DNA of 64,000 nucleotides from Ginglymostoma cirratum. Its lineage: Eukaryota. This document shows, one piece after another, positions 24,525 through 37,869 of the stretch (position 1 is its first letter; the number at the start of each line of letters is the position of its first letter). The notes below the pieces were generated by a model, which did no database searches, was not told the DNA's origin, and saw only the letters and a program-made list of their open reading frames with translations. The stretch is from the NCBI GenBank assembly GCA_024137785.1, contig JAHRHZ010000116.1, positions 186,001 to 250,000 on the forward strand. Direction: 5' to 3'. A program made the translations under genes and the position numbers.

Positions 24525-24795
24525 TGTGCATTTCAAGAAATACCTGAAATCCGAGTCTGGTCAGGGGAAACAGTTTCTCCCGATATGCTTCATGAACACA
24601 CTCATTTGAACGACTCACATCCCCTTCATTACAAACAGCCCTAAGAAATCATCGCCTTTACTCCAAAGGGAACATTCCTGGCCTCGAGATTCACTTCACA
24701 AAAGATAATTCCTCATCCATGGGCATGGTGCTATTCCAGGGAATGAGAAGAAGTCTTGCGAAAATGATTGCCAGTTGTAGGTGGTAAAATGTGAA
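24525..24795 (+). pseudogene. Decayed Ig-V-like relic
   Basis: Across frameshifts: PEIRVWSGETVS / ICFM / HYKQP / SRFTS / KDNSSS / DCQ, in V-domain order. Confidence 0.33.
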
Positions 24796-24929
24796 GGAAA
24801 CAAAACAAAATCCCTGCTCTCCAGCCATTCAACCTTTGGAAGTTCTTTTGGGGATAGGAGTCAGAGGGGAATTAAGTGCAAGCTGTTAGACTGAGAACAT
24901 ATAGCCAAAGAAACGTTCTCTTTTTTATT

Positions 24930-25590
24930 TAAATGACTTTTGCGTGATGTGGGCGTTGCTACTGGCCAGCATTTATTGTCGTACCTTCTTGCTCCTGAGG
25001 CGGTCATGATAGTCTACCTTTTTGAACAGTTGCTTTTCACCAGCTATTGCCTGATACAAAGAGCTATTCTGGAATAAATTCCAGGATTCTGACTCAATGA
25101 CAGTGAAGAACAGCGCTTTATTTGTACGTGACATTCATGGTATTCTCAAGTATCTTCTCCCCTTGTCCTTCGGAAGGAAGTGTTCGCTTGCTTGGAAGAT
25201 GCTGTCTATGAATTTTTAATGAATTTTTACAGTGCGTCTTGCCGATAGCACACATTCCTACTCATGTCCTTTGTGGTGGGAGCATTGGATACTTGCAGAT
25301 ATAATGCCAACGAAGCGCACTACTCTCTCCTGGATGGTAAGCTTCTTCAGTGTTGTTGAAACTGCACACATCTATCCCATTCTATCACATTCCTAACTGT
25401 GCCTTGTAGAGGGTGAACAGGATTTGGAGAGTCAGGACGTGAGTTATTCCGTGCAGTCTCCATAGCCTGTTACCTGGCTTCGTAGCCATTGTATGTATTT
25501 CACAACTGCAGTTGAATTTCTGGTCAATGGTACCAACTAGGATGTTGATACTGGAGGGTTCACTGACGGTACAAACACTGAATATCAAGA
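24930..25590 (-). mobile_element. CR1/L2-superfamily LINE 3' fragment
   Basis: GGCCAGCATTTATTG tail shared with the SINE family; decayed RT C-terminus (ITHVLTLQILFTLYKAQ). Confidence 0.6.
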
Positions 25591-26598
25591 TTTGCCTGCG
25601 TTTTCATCGTCCAGCACACCAAACTCGGAGTTAATTTGGCAATGACAGCGGGGTGCAAGATCGGGACAGAAGCAGAAAGAGATGCAACATGAAATTGTTT
25701 AGAATTTGTCGTATATCACTTGTTTTCAGTGAGGAATATCTGCCGGATGTTGTTTTGTAAGCATACTAAGAAGCTGCAGAATATGGGTCGCTGGTTTTGT
25801 GGAATCTAAAGTTGCACAATAGCCGCTTGTAGGATTATATCAGCCCACTACTGATTTCATGTCCCAGCTCATAACAACGATTTTCATTGTCTGGAGAAGG
25901 CACTTGTCAAAGACATTTGTGTCTGTGGACGGGGAGCTGATGTGACGCAAATGGAACGTATCTAATCCTGCCGACTCTGCCACTTGGGCGATGAGTCTGT
26001 GTGTTTCCCTCTGAGGTTGAAAATGAGGATCAATTACTCCTGGTGGTGGGCACACAGTTTTTCCCATGTGAATCTTCAGTCCTAATTGCTGTGTAGATTT
26101 GATTAAAAAATGTTGCAGAAAGCATATCATTGAGATAAGAACTTGAAAAGTCGGAGAACATAAGGCTACAAGCTATGTTCTTGAAAATGGGTTAGAATAG
26201 ATGGAAATTTGATGACCAGCACTGATATAATAGGCTGAAGAGTCTTTTTCTCCAAGCAATAAAGTCTTGGTGACAGAAAGAAATCAATCGGTCGTGCAAA
26301 TGAAAGTCAAAACAGAGTCATGAACAAAAGCTACAAGAAGGTTTAGTACCTTGCCTTTGGGTTTGCTCGTTAGGATTGGGTGCTCTCAGTGGCACGACCA
26401 AGGTTCGGCTTTTGGTGGGGGAATAAGATCCAAAGTATTCTGCCGATTTATCGTAACTACAGTATTTTAAACGAAGATTCAGACACACGAACTAAGCTGT
26501 GGAACCACCGGAAGAGTTCTGAGTGGATCAAACTTTTTTCAGGTTACAAGGAAAAGAACATTTGCAGATGCTGGAAATCTGAAAGGATATCAGAGAAT

Positions 26599-27384
26599 TG
26601 TTAGGTTCATTTTTGGAGACCCTCACAGACTTGATGCAATAACAAGACACTGACCTGTTTAGAAAAACATAAATACTTTATTACAAAGCAAGTACAAGCT
26701 GTGGAGGATCATTGTACTCAACCCGGCACAGAGTGCAGAGTTGCGTCAGTGATTCTCCCCGAGCAGCGGACACTCCCCGCATTTTATACCTTATCGAGTG
26801 CATAATACATAAAGCAATTTTACATCTCACAATGGCATGTTACATGAAACAATCACTACATCGGACAATGACATGATAACACAAACAGTTACTACAACGA
26901 AAACATATAGTAAACAGGTTACAGTATCGATCGTTCTCAAAGTGACTGCGAATGGCAGGAGGCGATTTCAAGGTGCTGCATTTACAGAATGTATTTTCAA
27001 GCTTCCGAAGTATCTGGCTTGAACAAAGGCCAGTGTCCTGGCACCTTTAGCAGAAACAGAAGTTACATTCTTTACAGGATTTCAGAAGTCTCACACCTTA
27101 ACAAACGTTGCCACCTAATCTTATTTGAGACAGCTTCCACATATCACCGTGCAGGAAAATAAAGATTTACAAAGTTTATACCTAATTCTATTCAGGCAGG
27201 AACCTTAAGGGATTGTCTTTTCTACTTATGTACAGGAACATAAGGATTTACTAAGTTTTACACCTAATTCTAGTTGGGCAGTAAATTTTAAGGTAGTGCC
27301 TGCATACCTCTGTGTAAGCAGATAAAGAGCATTAATTTATAGAGAATATAGAAATCAATGCGATGTTATCCCAATAACATCTCA
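26599..27384 (-). mobile_element. Solo LTR of the same ERV family
   Basis: Reverse complement of the proviral LTRs with a perfect 4-bp TSD GAAT (26595-26598, 27385-27388). It interrupts a short Penelope-associated repeat. Confidence 0.95.
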
Positions 27385-27603
27385 GAATAAGCAGGTGTGG
27401 CATCATCTTTTGACAGAGTGCAGTGTTTACCGTTTTGGTTCCAGTGACCCTGCTTTAGAAATAGGCCAGTTATGACTCACTATATTAAAATATTGGAGAA
27501 AAAAATTATATTTATCGGTTGAATCAGCATATTTATCAAATTCTCTGTCATTGGATTACAACAGTCAACTTCAAAGTTTCAAAACGATTTAATTATCTCT
27601 TCC

Positions 27604-29477
27604 CATCAGAGGGGCAGGAAAGCTGACATTTCGAGTCGGGACACTTCTTCAGAAATGGGGGAGAGGAAGGGGTCTCTGAAGTAAATAAAGAGGGAGGCGG
27701 TGATAGCAGATAGATAATGAAGCGGATAGATGGGAGACAAGAAGGGCAGACCAAGGAGACGGGGATGAAGCTAGCAACAGTGAGTGTAGTTAGGTCGTGG
27801 TGGGGATTGGTCAGTGAGGGAGGACGATCCGATAGGTGGGATAAAAGATGGACAGGTCAATGATGCGGGGACGAGTGGGGGACTGGTCTTGGGATGAGGT
27901 TGGGGGTGGGGAGATTTTGAAGCTGGTAAAGACGAAATTGAGACCATTCGGTTGTCGTATTCCAAGCTGAATAGGAAGTGTTCTTCCTCCAGTTTCTGGG
28001 TGGCAACATTGTGGCGCTGGAGGAGGCCCAAAATGGACATATCATCCAGGGAGTGGGAGGGGAAACTGAAGTGGTTCGCGACTGGGAGTTGTTGTTGTTT
28101 GTTATGAACCGTGTGTAGGTGTTCGACAAAGCTGTTTCCGTGCCTTCGCTTGGTCTCACTGATGAAGAAAACGTCACATCGGAGACAGCATATACAATCG
28201 ACCACATTAGCAGATGTGCAGGTGAACATGTTTGCTGTGGAAGCTTTTCTTTTTTGGGGCCTGGGATGGAGCTGAGGGGAATGCGTAGGGGCTGGGGTAG
28301 CAACTCCTGTGATTTCAGGGAAAGGTGCTGGGTGTGGTGGGGCTAGTGGGGAATGTGGAGTGGATGATGAAGTCGAGAGAGCAGTCCCTCCGGAATGCAG
28401 TCAAGGGAGGGGAGGGAAATATATCCTTCGTAGTGTGGTCAGATTGCAGGTGACATAAGTGGCGGATAATAATGCGTTGGCTCCGGAGGTTAATGGGATG
28501 ATAAGTGAGGACAAGGGGAAATCTGTCTTTGCTTTTGTTGCGGAGAGGTGGGTCCGAGGGCTGAGGTGCAGGAAACGCAAGACATGCAGTCGAGGGCGTT
28601 TTCGAACACCGGAGCGGGGGTCGGGGGGCACGGTGGGGGGGAAGTTGCGGTCCTTGAAATACGAGGACATCTGGGATGTTCGGGAGTGGAATGCCTCACC
28701 TTGGGATCAGATGCGGCAGAGGCAGAGTAATTGTGAGTAGGGAATCGCATTCTTGCAGGAAGGTGGGTGATAGGAAGTGTAATCTAAGTAGCAGTGGGAG
28801 ACGGTGGGCTTGAAATAGACACCAGTTTCGAGATGGTCACCAGAGATGGAGACAGAGAGGTCCAGGAAGGAGAGAGAGGTATCAGAGAAGGTCCAGGTCG
28901 AATTGAGGTTGGGGTGTAAGTTGTTGGTAAAGTTAATGAACTGTTCGAGCTCCTCATGGGAGCACGAGGCAGCGTCGATACATTAATTGATGTAGCCGAT
29001 GAAGAGGTGGGGGATAGTGCCAGTGTAGCTGCCGAAGAGAGACTGTTCCACGTATCCTACAAAGTGGCAGGCATGCCTGGGGCCCATCCGGGTATCCATG
29101 GACACCCCTTTAGCCTGCCACAAGAGGGAGCAGTTGAAAGAGAAGTTGTTAAGGGTAATGGCGAATTCAGCTAAGCCGATCAGGGTGTCGTTGGAGGGGA
29201 CAGGTTGGCCCTACGGGAGAGGAAAAAGCAAGGGATTTTAGGCCACCATCATGGGGAAAGCAAATGTACAGGGATTGGAAGCCCATTGTGAAGATGAGGC
29301 CAGGGAATTGGAAGTTTTGGAGGAGGTGAAGTGCTTGGATGATATCACGGACGGAAGTGGGGTGTTCCTGGCCCAGGGACTAGAAAATAGTATCGAGATA
29401 AGTCGAGAAAAGTTCGGTGGGTCAGAAGCATCCAGAGAGAACGGGTTGGCCAGGACAGTCGTGTTTATGGATTTTGG
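27604..29477 (-). mobile_element. Penelope-like retroelement (RT + GIY-YIG endonuclease), degenerate and 5'-truncated
   Basis: GIY-YIG remnant FTCTSANVVDCICCLRC..ISETKRR..EH..LPVANHF. RT remnants at 28400-29470. Terminal repeat with a hammerhead-like core at 27622-27652. Confidence 0.9.
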
Positions 29478-31443
29478 GAACATCGAACATCGAACATTAC
29501 AGCGCAGTATAGGCCTTTCGGCCCTCGATGTTGCGCCGACCTGTGAAACCAATTTGAAGCCCATCTAACCTACTCTATTCCATTATCATCCATATGTTTA
29601 TCCAATGACCATTTGAATGCCCTAAAAGTTGGCAAGTCTACTGTTGCAGGCAGGGAATTCCACGCCTTTACTACCCTCTGAGTAAAGAGCCTATCTCTGA
29701 CATCTGTCCTAAATCTAACACCCCTCAATTTAAAGCTGTGTCCCGTCGTGCTAGCCGTCACTATCCGAGGAAAAATGCTCTCACTGCCCACCCTATCCAA
29801 TCCTCTGATTATCTTGTATGTCTCTATTAAGTCACCTCTTAAACTTCTTCTCTCTAACGAAAACAGCCTCAAGTCCCTCAGCCTTTCCTCATAAGACCTT
29901 CCCTTATTACCAGGCAACATCCTGGTAAATCTTCTCTGCACCCTTTCTAATGCTTCCTCATCCTTCCTATAATGCGGCGACCAGAACTGCATGCAATACT
30001 CCAAGTGCAGCCGCACCAGCTGTTTTGTACAGCTGCAACATGACCTCATGGCTCCGAAATTCAAGCCCTCTACCAATAAAACCGAACACGCCATACGCCT
30101 TCCTAACAACCCTACCAACATGGGTGGCGACTTTCAGGGATCTAAGCACATGGACACCGAAATCCCTCTGCTCATCGACACTACCAAGAATATTACCATA
30201 TCCCTGTACTCTGTATTCCTGTTACTTCTTCCAAAGTGAATCACCTCATACTTTCCCTCATTAAACTCCATTTGCCACCTCTCAGCCCAGCTCTGCAGCT
30301 TATCTGTGTCCCTCTGTAACCTGTAACATCCTTCCGCACTATCCAAAAATCCACCGACCTTAGTGTCTTCCCCAAATATATTAACCCATCCTTCTACGCC
30401 CTCATCCAGGTCATTTATAAAAATGACAAACAGCAGTGGTACAAAATAGATCCTTGCGGTACACTACTAGTAACTGAACTCCGGGATGAACATTTCCAAT
30501 CATCCACCACCCTCTGTCTTCTTACAGCTAACCAATTTCTCATCCAAACCGCTAAATAACCCTCAATCCCATTCCTCTGTATTTTCTGAAATAGCCTACC
30601 GTGGGGAACCTTATCAAACGCTTCACTGAAATCCATACACACAACATCAACTGCTTTACCCTCATCCACCTGTTGGGTCACCTTCTCAAAGAACTCAATA
30701 AGGTTTGTGAGGCATGACCTACCCTTCACAAAACCGTGTTGACTATCCCTAATCAAATCATTCCTTTCTCGATGATTATAAATCATATCTCTTATAATCC
30801 TTTCCAACACTCTACCCACAACCAAAGTAAGGCTCACTGGTCTATAATTACTGGGGTCGTCTCTACTCCCCTTCTTGAAAAAGGGGACAACATTTGCTGT
30901 CCTCCAGTCTTCTGGCACTATTCCTGTAGACAATGATGACATAAAGATCAAAGCCAAAGGCTCTGAAATCTCATCCCTGGCTTCCCAGAGAATCCTAGGA
31001 TAAATACTTTTCATCCCAGGGGACTTATCTATTTTCATACTTTCCAGAATTGCTAACACGTCTTCCTTATGAACCTCAATCCCGTCTAGTCTAATAGCCT
31101 GTATCTCAGTATTCTCCTCGACAACATTGTCTTTTTCATGTCTGAATACTGACGAAAAATATTCATTCAGCGCCTCTCCTATCTATTTGGACTCCATGCA
31201 CAACTTCCCACTATTATCCTTGACTGGCCCTAATCTTACGCTAGTCATTCTTTTATTACTGACATACCTATAGAAAGCTTTAGGGTTTTCCTTGACCCTA
31301 CCTGCTAAAGACTTCTCTTGTCCTCTCCTGGCTCTTCTTAGCTCTCTCTTTAGATCATTCCTGGCTAACTTGTAACTCTCAAGCGCCCTAACTGAGCCTT
31401 CACGCCTTATCTCTACATGAGCCTCTTTTTTCCTCTTGACGAA
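29478..31443 (-). mobile_element. CR1 LINE, 5'-truncated ORF2 (RT)
   Basis: NYRPVSLT, QHGFVKGRSCLTNL, DFSEAFDKVPH, VPQGSIL and LERVQRRFTRMLPG motifs; (GAACATC)n tail; frameshifts. Confidence 0.95.
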
Positions 31444-32926
31444 CATTGACGCTGGAGGATCAATTGCATAAATCGGCTGAAGTGTGGCAGCTGGAGCGAT
31501 ATTTGAATAAATAAGAAATATTGCATTTTCATAAAACAAGCAAGGGCAGGATTTCTCCAACAAAATTATGGCCTTGGGTAGTGTTGTCGAATAAAGATAC
31601 CTACGGTGTCAGGTACATATTTATTTGAACCCTGCATGAACGATAGATTGCATGCTTATCTTTGCTATGAAGCCTGCACTGACTGCACTGACACTATTTG
31701 GATCATTTCCAAAAACCCACTCTGAGATTTCCAGCAGTGCACAACAGCGGGCGCACTCACCATCAAAAAGCAGAACCAATAATTTTGCAAGTACAGTGAC
31801 AATCAGAGGGACCTTCCGAAAAGAATCATACCAAGCCCCAAAATTCAACAAGGCGATGATCCTGACTGCTTAAATAATGTTACTTTATTTCAAAACGTAT
31901 TTCCCCTTCAATCAGCATTTGTAAAATTTACTCAATCACTTTTCTAATATTGCCTTTTGAAGGAGTTTCCCTGCCTATGTGCACTGTTAATCACCATTTC
32001 TACATCAACACTGTCAGCTTCCTAAAACTTTGGAATGGTGTTTGTTCATCGGGTTTATTCAATGAAGTCTATTGCTGAGTCATTCACAGTCCATGTGAAA
32101 TGAACATATTTCGTAAAGAAATGAATCTGACTTTGAAAACAGCTTCGCAAACATAGAGCCCCGGAATGTCAGTTGGCGCTTCATGATCTACCTTCAATGT
32201 TCTCATGTGTTCTGCTCCCAGGAACAATCCTGACCAATCATTCACAGCTCTCACGGACAGAATGCCTACATATGCAATACCGCTGCACTCCTCAGGATAT
32301 TGATTCCCTTTTGCGCTAGAGGTACAAACATTCCATCCATTCTGCAGTCCGCTGTTCCATTTGTAGAACGTTACACTCAAACATTGAGACGAAAATCACT
32401 TTGTGTATTCCTGGTAAAACGTTAATCAAAGCAGAAGCCATCAGCAAACGAAGTTTTAAAACTGCAATGGTTGGAAAATCTGAGCGAGTCTGGCACCATC
32501 TGTGGAGACAAAACAGAATGAACGTTTTGAGTCCAATGACCCTTCCTCCGGATTCAGTTTGATTCGTGACAGTGAGCGAAATAAGCTGAGGGTCTTCTTC
32601 CGTATTTATCAACTGTATTTCTTTTATTTTGAAATAAATATCTCAGATCAGTTAAACATCAGACTGACAGGTTTTTGAGAAACGAGGCTGTCTATCTTTA
32701 CTGATCATTTACTCTGTTCAGCGGAATTCCAGGTTAATGTTAGAAACAGTGAAAGCTAAGAGTGGAAATGTCTCCCAAGCAATCTGAAACAGAGATCACA
32801 GATACTTGTTGTGACGAACGTGACATCAGACTCATCTCGGTCAATGCTCTGAGGATTTTTTTCTCTCTTATTCAATATTCCGCATATTTCTGAGACATAA
32901 AGTAATCTCCTGGAAGCGCAGCAGCA

Positions 32927-33661
32927 ATGATGTAGTTCCCCGTTTTCGCGGTAATCTCGGTAACCTTTATTGTGAAATGAAGTTTCATATTTAGACAGCT
33001 TTTAATTTCTGCATTTCTCAAACTGAAACAAGCCAGTGTTCTTTCAATCAAGAACTGGACTGGTGGTAGGAGTGGTTGTGTCAAATCAATTGAGTCCTGA
33101 AGTGCCCATCAGGAAATAAGATGTAGGAAAGACGGACAGAGAGAAAATCAAAAATAAATGAGAACAAGGGGAAAAGAGAATTCTCCTCCAGATTGCTATC
33201 ATAGATACAGACCGTTTCCGTATGTGAATTAATTATGGTATGTTCTAGTTTCTTAATATCATGTTGCACTGAATGCAATTTTTACTTTTTTATCAGTAGT
33301 TCAATGTACATAAATATTTAATTGCAGACTTCCACTCTCTGTCACATTTTGTTCCAAATCAGAGCAATTCATTTTCTGTCATTTGGCGGGATTTTTCGCT
33401 TACACAGCCATAGGGAGAAGATGTCACTTTCAGTTTCACTTTTGCGGAGGATCTTCAATCATTATTATGGTAGCATCGGCACCCAGGGTGATTGCCAGTG
33501 CTTGCAGTCTGGAGGGACAAGAGCGGTACTGCACAATTGAAGGCGGATTTCGGTCAGGCCCGGTTTTCTGATGCAGTCCAGCATTCAAAGTGGTTGTACC
33601 GATTGAACATCCTGGAGCTACCACTGTATGACACCACAGTCTATTACCGTGCAGTGATCCT
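32927..33661 (+). pseudogene. TCR-type V pseudogene, family A
   Basis: Leader MM*FPVFAVISVTFIV. Acceptor mutated (CCAA). Exon reads ..GEDVTF..LLW*HRHPG*..ADFGQARFSDAVQ..DTTVYYRAV. A SINE follows in the RSS. Confidence 0.85.
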
Positions 33662-33679
33662 CCGTGTAATACAGGGAGA

Positions 33680-34010
33680 CGATGTTCTAATGTTATTACA
33701 GCGAGACATTGAATCCAGAGACCCACATAACATTCAGGGCGAGCCTGCGAAACACACCACGGCAGATTGTGTGGAATTTGAATTCATTAAAATATCTGCA
33801 ATCAAAAATCTAACGAAGACCATGAGTCGATTGTCATGGAAAAAACACATCTGGTTTACTAATGTCCTTTAGGAATGGAAACTGCCATCCTTACCTGGTC
33901 TGGTCTCTATGTGACTCTAAACCCACAGCAATATGATTGCCTCTCACCTGCCCTCTGGACAATTAGAAATAAATGCTGCGCAGCCAGCGACGCCCTCACC
34001 CATTAATGAA
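33680..34010 (+). mobile_element. tRNA-derived shark SINE
   Basis: CATCTGGTTTACTAATGTCCTTTAGG..CTTACCTGGTCTGG..AATAAATGCTG..GCCAGCGACGCCC. Paralog of 9860-10145. Confidence 0.7.
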
Positions 34011-34109
34011 TAAAGGAATGGTATCAAGCCAAAACGTCGTAGACTAACTGTTGCAGCTTTCGGGGTCACATCTGCTTTCTCTTGAGGGTTGTTCATAACA
34101 GTGTTTCTT

Positions 34110-34660
34110 TCTCTTTGAGAATCCATCTGGTTCCTGTCACTGTGTCTCACAACACACAGGAATAGACTGCACTGTCAAACTGGTGAAACTCACCGATAGT
34201 GAAATTCCCATCGCTTTTCTCTCTGCCCAGTGGAGCAAATATCGATTGACAACGTCATTATTTCCTTCACCATCCCCATACTTAAGGATGTCGATAAAGA
34301 ATGTCAGGGACTTCCCCGGGTCCTGACGGTGCAACAGTAAACTATAAATCAATTGCTGTAAAATAGCTCAAATCAATGTTCAATAAATCTCCACCAATCT
34401 TTATCTCAGTAAGCATCAACCGCGACAATGAATCTACATAATTAACGCCGGCAGAAATTTGGAAATGAAACAGCTTTTAAGGACAATTATAATCAATGTA
34501 ATATAATGGGCATGTAATGCAATACAGGGAAATGTAGACATAGGAAAGATTGCTATAGTCTTATTACCTACAAGCTATCACTTTTCTTCATCTGAGGAAC
34601 TTATTAATTATGAGAGCGGCAGAAGTGGGAAATGAGTAAACAGTAACAGCTGAAATGTTT
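34110..34660 (-). pseudogene. TCR-type V pseudogene, family B
   Basis: Exon 34448-34145 reads ..IDLSY..LLLHRQDPGKSLTFFIDI..DSAVYSCVL. Heptamer CACAGTG 34144-34138 with a shortened spacer. Leader and acceptor mutated. Confidence 0.85.
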
Positions 34661-35454
34661 GCAAAATAAGTGGAGAGTTTTCACAATGCCATTTGAAGCT
34701 AAATTGTCCATGCTTAGAACTCAAGGTAGATTTGTAGATAAGGAGCTAAGCTGAACAGCTTCGAGTCAGAATTGATTTTCTATCATAGAGGTCTCGTTGT
34801 CAACCGTTTCATTTCAGACACAATAACAAGGTGACAGCCAAAGTCCATGTAGCTCATTTTCTTCTCTAAGCTCTGACGTCAGAGATCTGGTAACATGATC
34901 CCAAAATATTAGACGGATTGGGGCCATTGGGCTCTTTGAACTTTCTCCTCGACTCAGTAAGATTACATTGATATGCTCACAACCAACTTTCTGCACAATT
35001 CTCAATTGCAAAATGTCTATTAAAATCCTCTGATCCATCGACAACAATGGGAAATAAAATCTTTGCAAGTGCAACATCTATTCTATGATTACTGAATCAA
35101 ATTGAAATGAACATTATCTTCAATTCTGTTCACTTCGCAGAGTCAATCTTGAGCTGGGTCATTGATGAGTAAGAAGTAATTTGTTCTCATATCAGCGCCG
35201 CTAATACATCCACCATTCCCTGCTCATGAACAATTTGAACAACCGATATAAGAGGGCGTTTAAACAGAAAAGCAAATATTCTGAACCGTAGTAGAGATCT
35301 TTTGGATCATGTGAAATTCATAGTTTTGATTTCGACAACTAGAATTAATATTCCAGCACACAAACCTAAATGCTTATTTGTATGTATGTTTGCGTGTGTG
35401 CGTGTGTGTGTGTGGTAAGGGTAGAGGGAGGTGAGCTGTTGAGATCTTCTTGCT

Positions 35455-35930
35455 GTGTTTTGTACAGGCTGACTGAACTCTGTATCACTGTGAAGCTCAG
35501 TGCACAGCGATAGACGGCAGTATTAGAGACAGGAGCTGCTGCGAGTTTTAATGGAACTGTCTTCTTTCCTTTGTCCAAAATCGCAGAACACCTGTCGGGG
35601 AATTCTTGAGACTTGTCTCCCTATTGACTGTTGAATCTCCTCAGTATATATTTCGGGGGTTCCCCTGGATGGTTTACGTACCAGAAGAGAATAGGAGCAG
35701 GATCCGTTGTTTCGTAACTGCAGTTCAGGCAACATTGCCTCCTTCCTGAAACGTTTGTTCAAGTGATTCCTGGAAACTGAATCTTGGCCGCTCGTTCCTG
35801 CAACAAACACAATGCATGTGTCAAAATATGATTGCAAAGAAGAAACACACGCTGGCAAATTGATTTCAGACTCACTCGGTGTCATGGCCATTATTATTAC
35901 AAAAGCCAACACAGAAGCATGACATCACAT
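35455..35930 (-). pseudogene. TRAV-like V pseudogene, family D
   Basis: Leader 35930-35876 M*CHASVLAFVIIMAMTP|GTGAGT. Exon 35797-35493 has two frameshifts and a TAG (LNCSY..LFWYV..AVYRCALS). RSS CACAGTG-22-ACAAAACAC. Confidence 0.92.
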
Positions 35931-36561
35931 TCGAAATTCAACAATACACTGTTTAAAATATTTTCATTCTTGTGATCCTATACCTATGACTAAACCCAGA
36001 ATGAAGATAGCCTTCACTTCATGGGCAAGTGAAGGGCGTGTTACTTTGTTCTGATCGGCTTCTTTCACAGACATGATATCAGCTGCAGACTTCTCACTGT
36101 TACTCAGACAGAAGGCAGCTGACTCTCTCCAATCCTTGACATGCCTTAAAATTTTACACATTCTCTCTCTTCCCTTTTTAATCTGCTTTTATTTTGAGTT
36201 TAGGAGCGCTCTCTTCGAATGCATAGATGGTCGTCTGTAGTTGTGCTGTAATTTCAAATTCCGAACAAGTGAATACGTCGTGTTAGTATTAACCATAGAA
36301 AGACCGCTCCGGTAAATTCATGTTTCATGTAAATGACAGCCGCTCTTCTAATTGTTTGCCAATGTGTCGGGAAATGTTTCAGTTGTATCTATGATTAGAG
36401 ACGCCTAATGTTATTTTTTTCCAATACTGTTAAGCATTGTCTCGAAAGTGAGAACTCCGTTCAGATCAGGACCTATTGTCACATTCATTGTCTGCAGATT
36501 TTCGATGTTATCAAATTCATCATAATTTGTTGCTACCGACTCATGATTGTTGACATGGATC

Positions 36562-36910
36562 AGTTTGTTCATGAGTATCTAGGGACTCTCGTTCACTGTA
36601 AATCTCAGTACATGGTGCTAACTGGCGCTGCCTGTTGCCCGAATATCTTATTTTTGTCAAATTGGAAAATGGTTGTAACGAGGAGTGGTGCCTGCTAAAT
36701 CGATCAAATCCGGAACAGTCACATTACATTCATAACTATTTTCTCGGAGCACCTACAGAGGAACTTGCTGTGAATACTGGCGACTCCAGAACAGGCCATA
36801 GTTTGTAGCTACACCAGATGGCGAGTAGCTGTAAGATATTGCTGAACCCTTGCCTTCACTGATTTGTCTTCCTGTTCTGACTGGGACACCAAATGTATTG
36901 TTATTCATCT
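36562..36910 (-). pseudogene. TCR-type V pseudogene, family C
   Basis: SEGKGSAISYSY..NYGLFWSRQYSQQVPL*. RSS TACAGTG (36600-36594)-23-GAACAAACT. Confidence 0.78.
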
Positions 36911-37454
36911 CTGGAAATAAAGAGCAGATAAACATCGTGTTGGAAAACCGAGAATAAAAATAATCAGTTGAAATTTGAAATGTGAAGCAACAAATGGCTT
37001 GATAATTTTATTTCTGTTTGCATTTGGAATCACGATCACGAGAATAATCAGGGATGGATGAATTTCACACCCATTTTTCAAGACTGAACTCCAGTAATAG
37101 TGATTACTGGATGTTCCAGTGCTGAGACAGGGGGAGTTGAAGCAACCCAGTAATAGTGTGCGTTTTTTCTGGGGACTCCATCATCCTGTGTGTTTTGATT
37201 TCTTCAGTCACCTTCTGTCGAAGGGGATAAGCTGATTTTCTGAATGCTTTCCCGGCGAGCCCTCCTGTGGTCAGTGAAACAATTGCAGAAGAAAGACTCG
37301 CACACAGCTTCCAAACAGAGACAGACAGGTACACAACAAATAAAACAAAGCATGCGGAAATGGAAAGATAAATGCATTTTGAAACGTATTGCATTATATG
37401 AGGCTCAGTGGTTTGAGTTTAAGTAATGCTAAATAAGTAATCAAAGGGCGCCTC

Positions 37455-37760
37455 GTGTGTCATTTTTAACCTTCATTTTATTTGCTTACAGAAATAAAAA
37501 GACAAGGGACCCATTTCTGATCCTTGGGGAATATAGCTACAAGCTTTCCTGCAGCCCGAAAAATACCAATTTAACTTTGCTGTCTGCTTCTGTTTGAATA
37601 GCCAATTGTGTGTTCTGTTGCTGCTCTCCCTTTCATTACATGATCTACAACTTTCCTCACAAGTCTGTGGTGTGGCACTGTGTCAAGCATCTTCTGGACG
37701 TAATTGCACAGGGCATCAAAAGCATTGACATCATCTAGCATTTCTTTTACGTCCAAAATG
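37455..37760 (-). mobile_element. CR1 LINE RT fragment
   Basis: QKMLDTVPHHRLVRKV..RQQ resembles the CR1 RT motif (KAFDKVPH). Confidence 0.6.
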
Positions 37761-37869
37761 TGTTTTCATTGCCAGTGATATTTAGCAGTTCTCAAAGTGT
37801 TGTCCATTGAAGTGAAGCAATCTGACTTTAGGTATTTTCTGTTTATCCATGAATGATCTGAGGTTGATG

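Larger units (their letters stand above)
31650..37445. repeat. Inverted copy of block B (5320-12230)
   Basis: Reverse-complement collinearity with block B. It lacks the Penelope insert at 7900-8513. Confidence 0.9.

Noticed and set aside
26395-26450. J-like AFGGGIRSKVF
   Set aside because: No correctly spaced 12-RSS upstream and no GT donor at the expected position.
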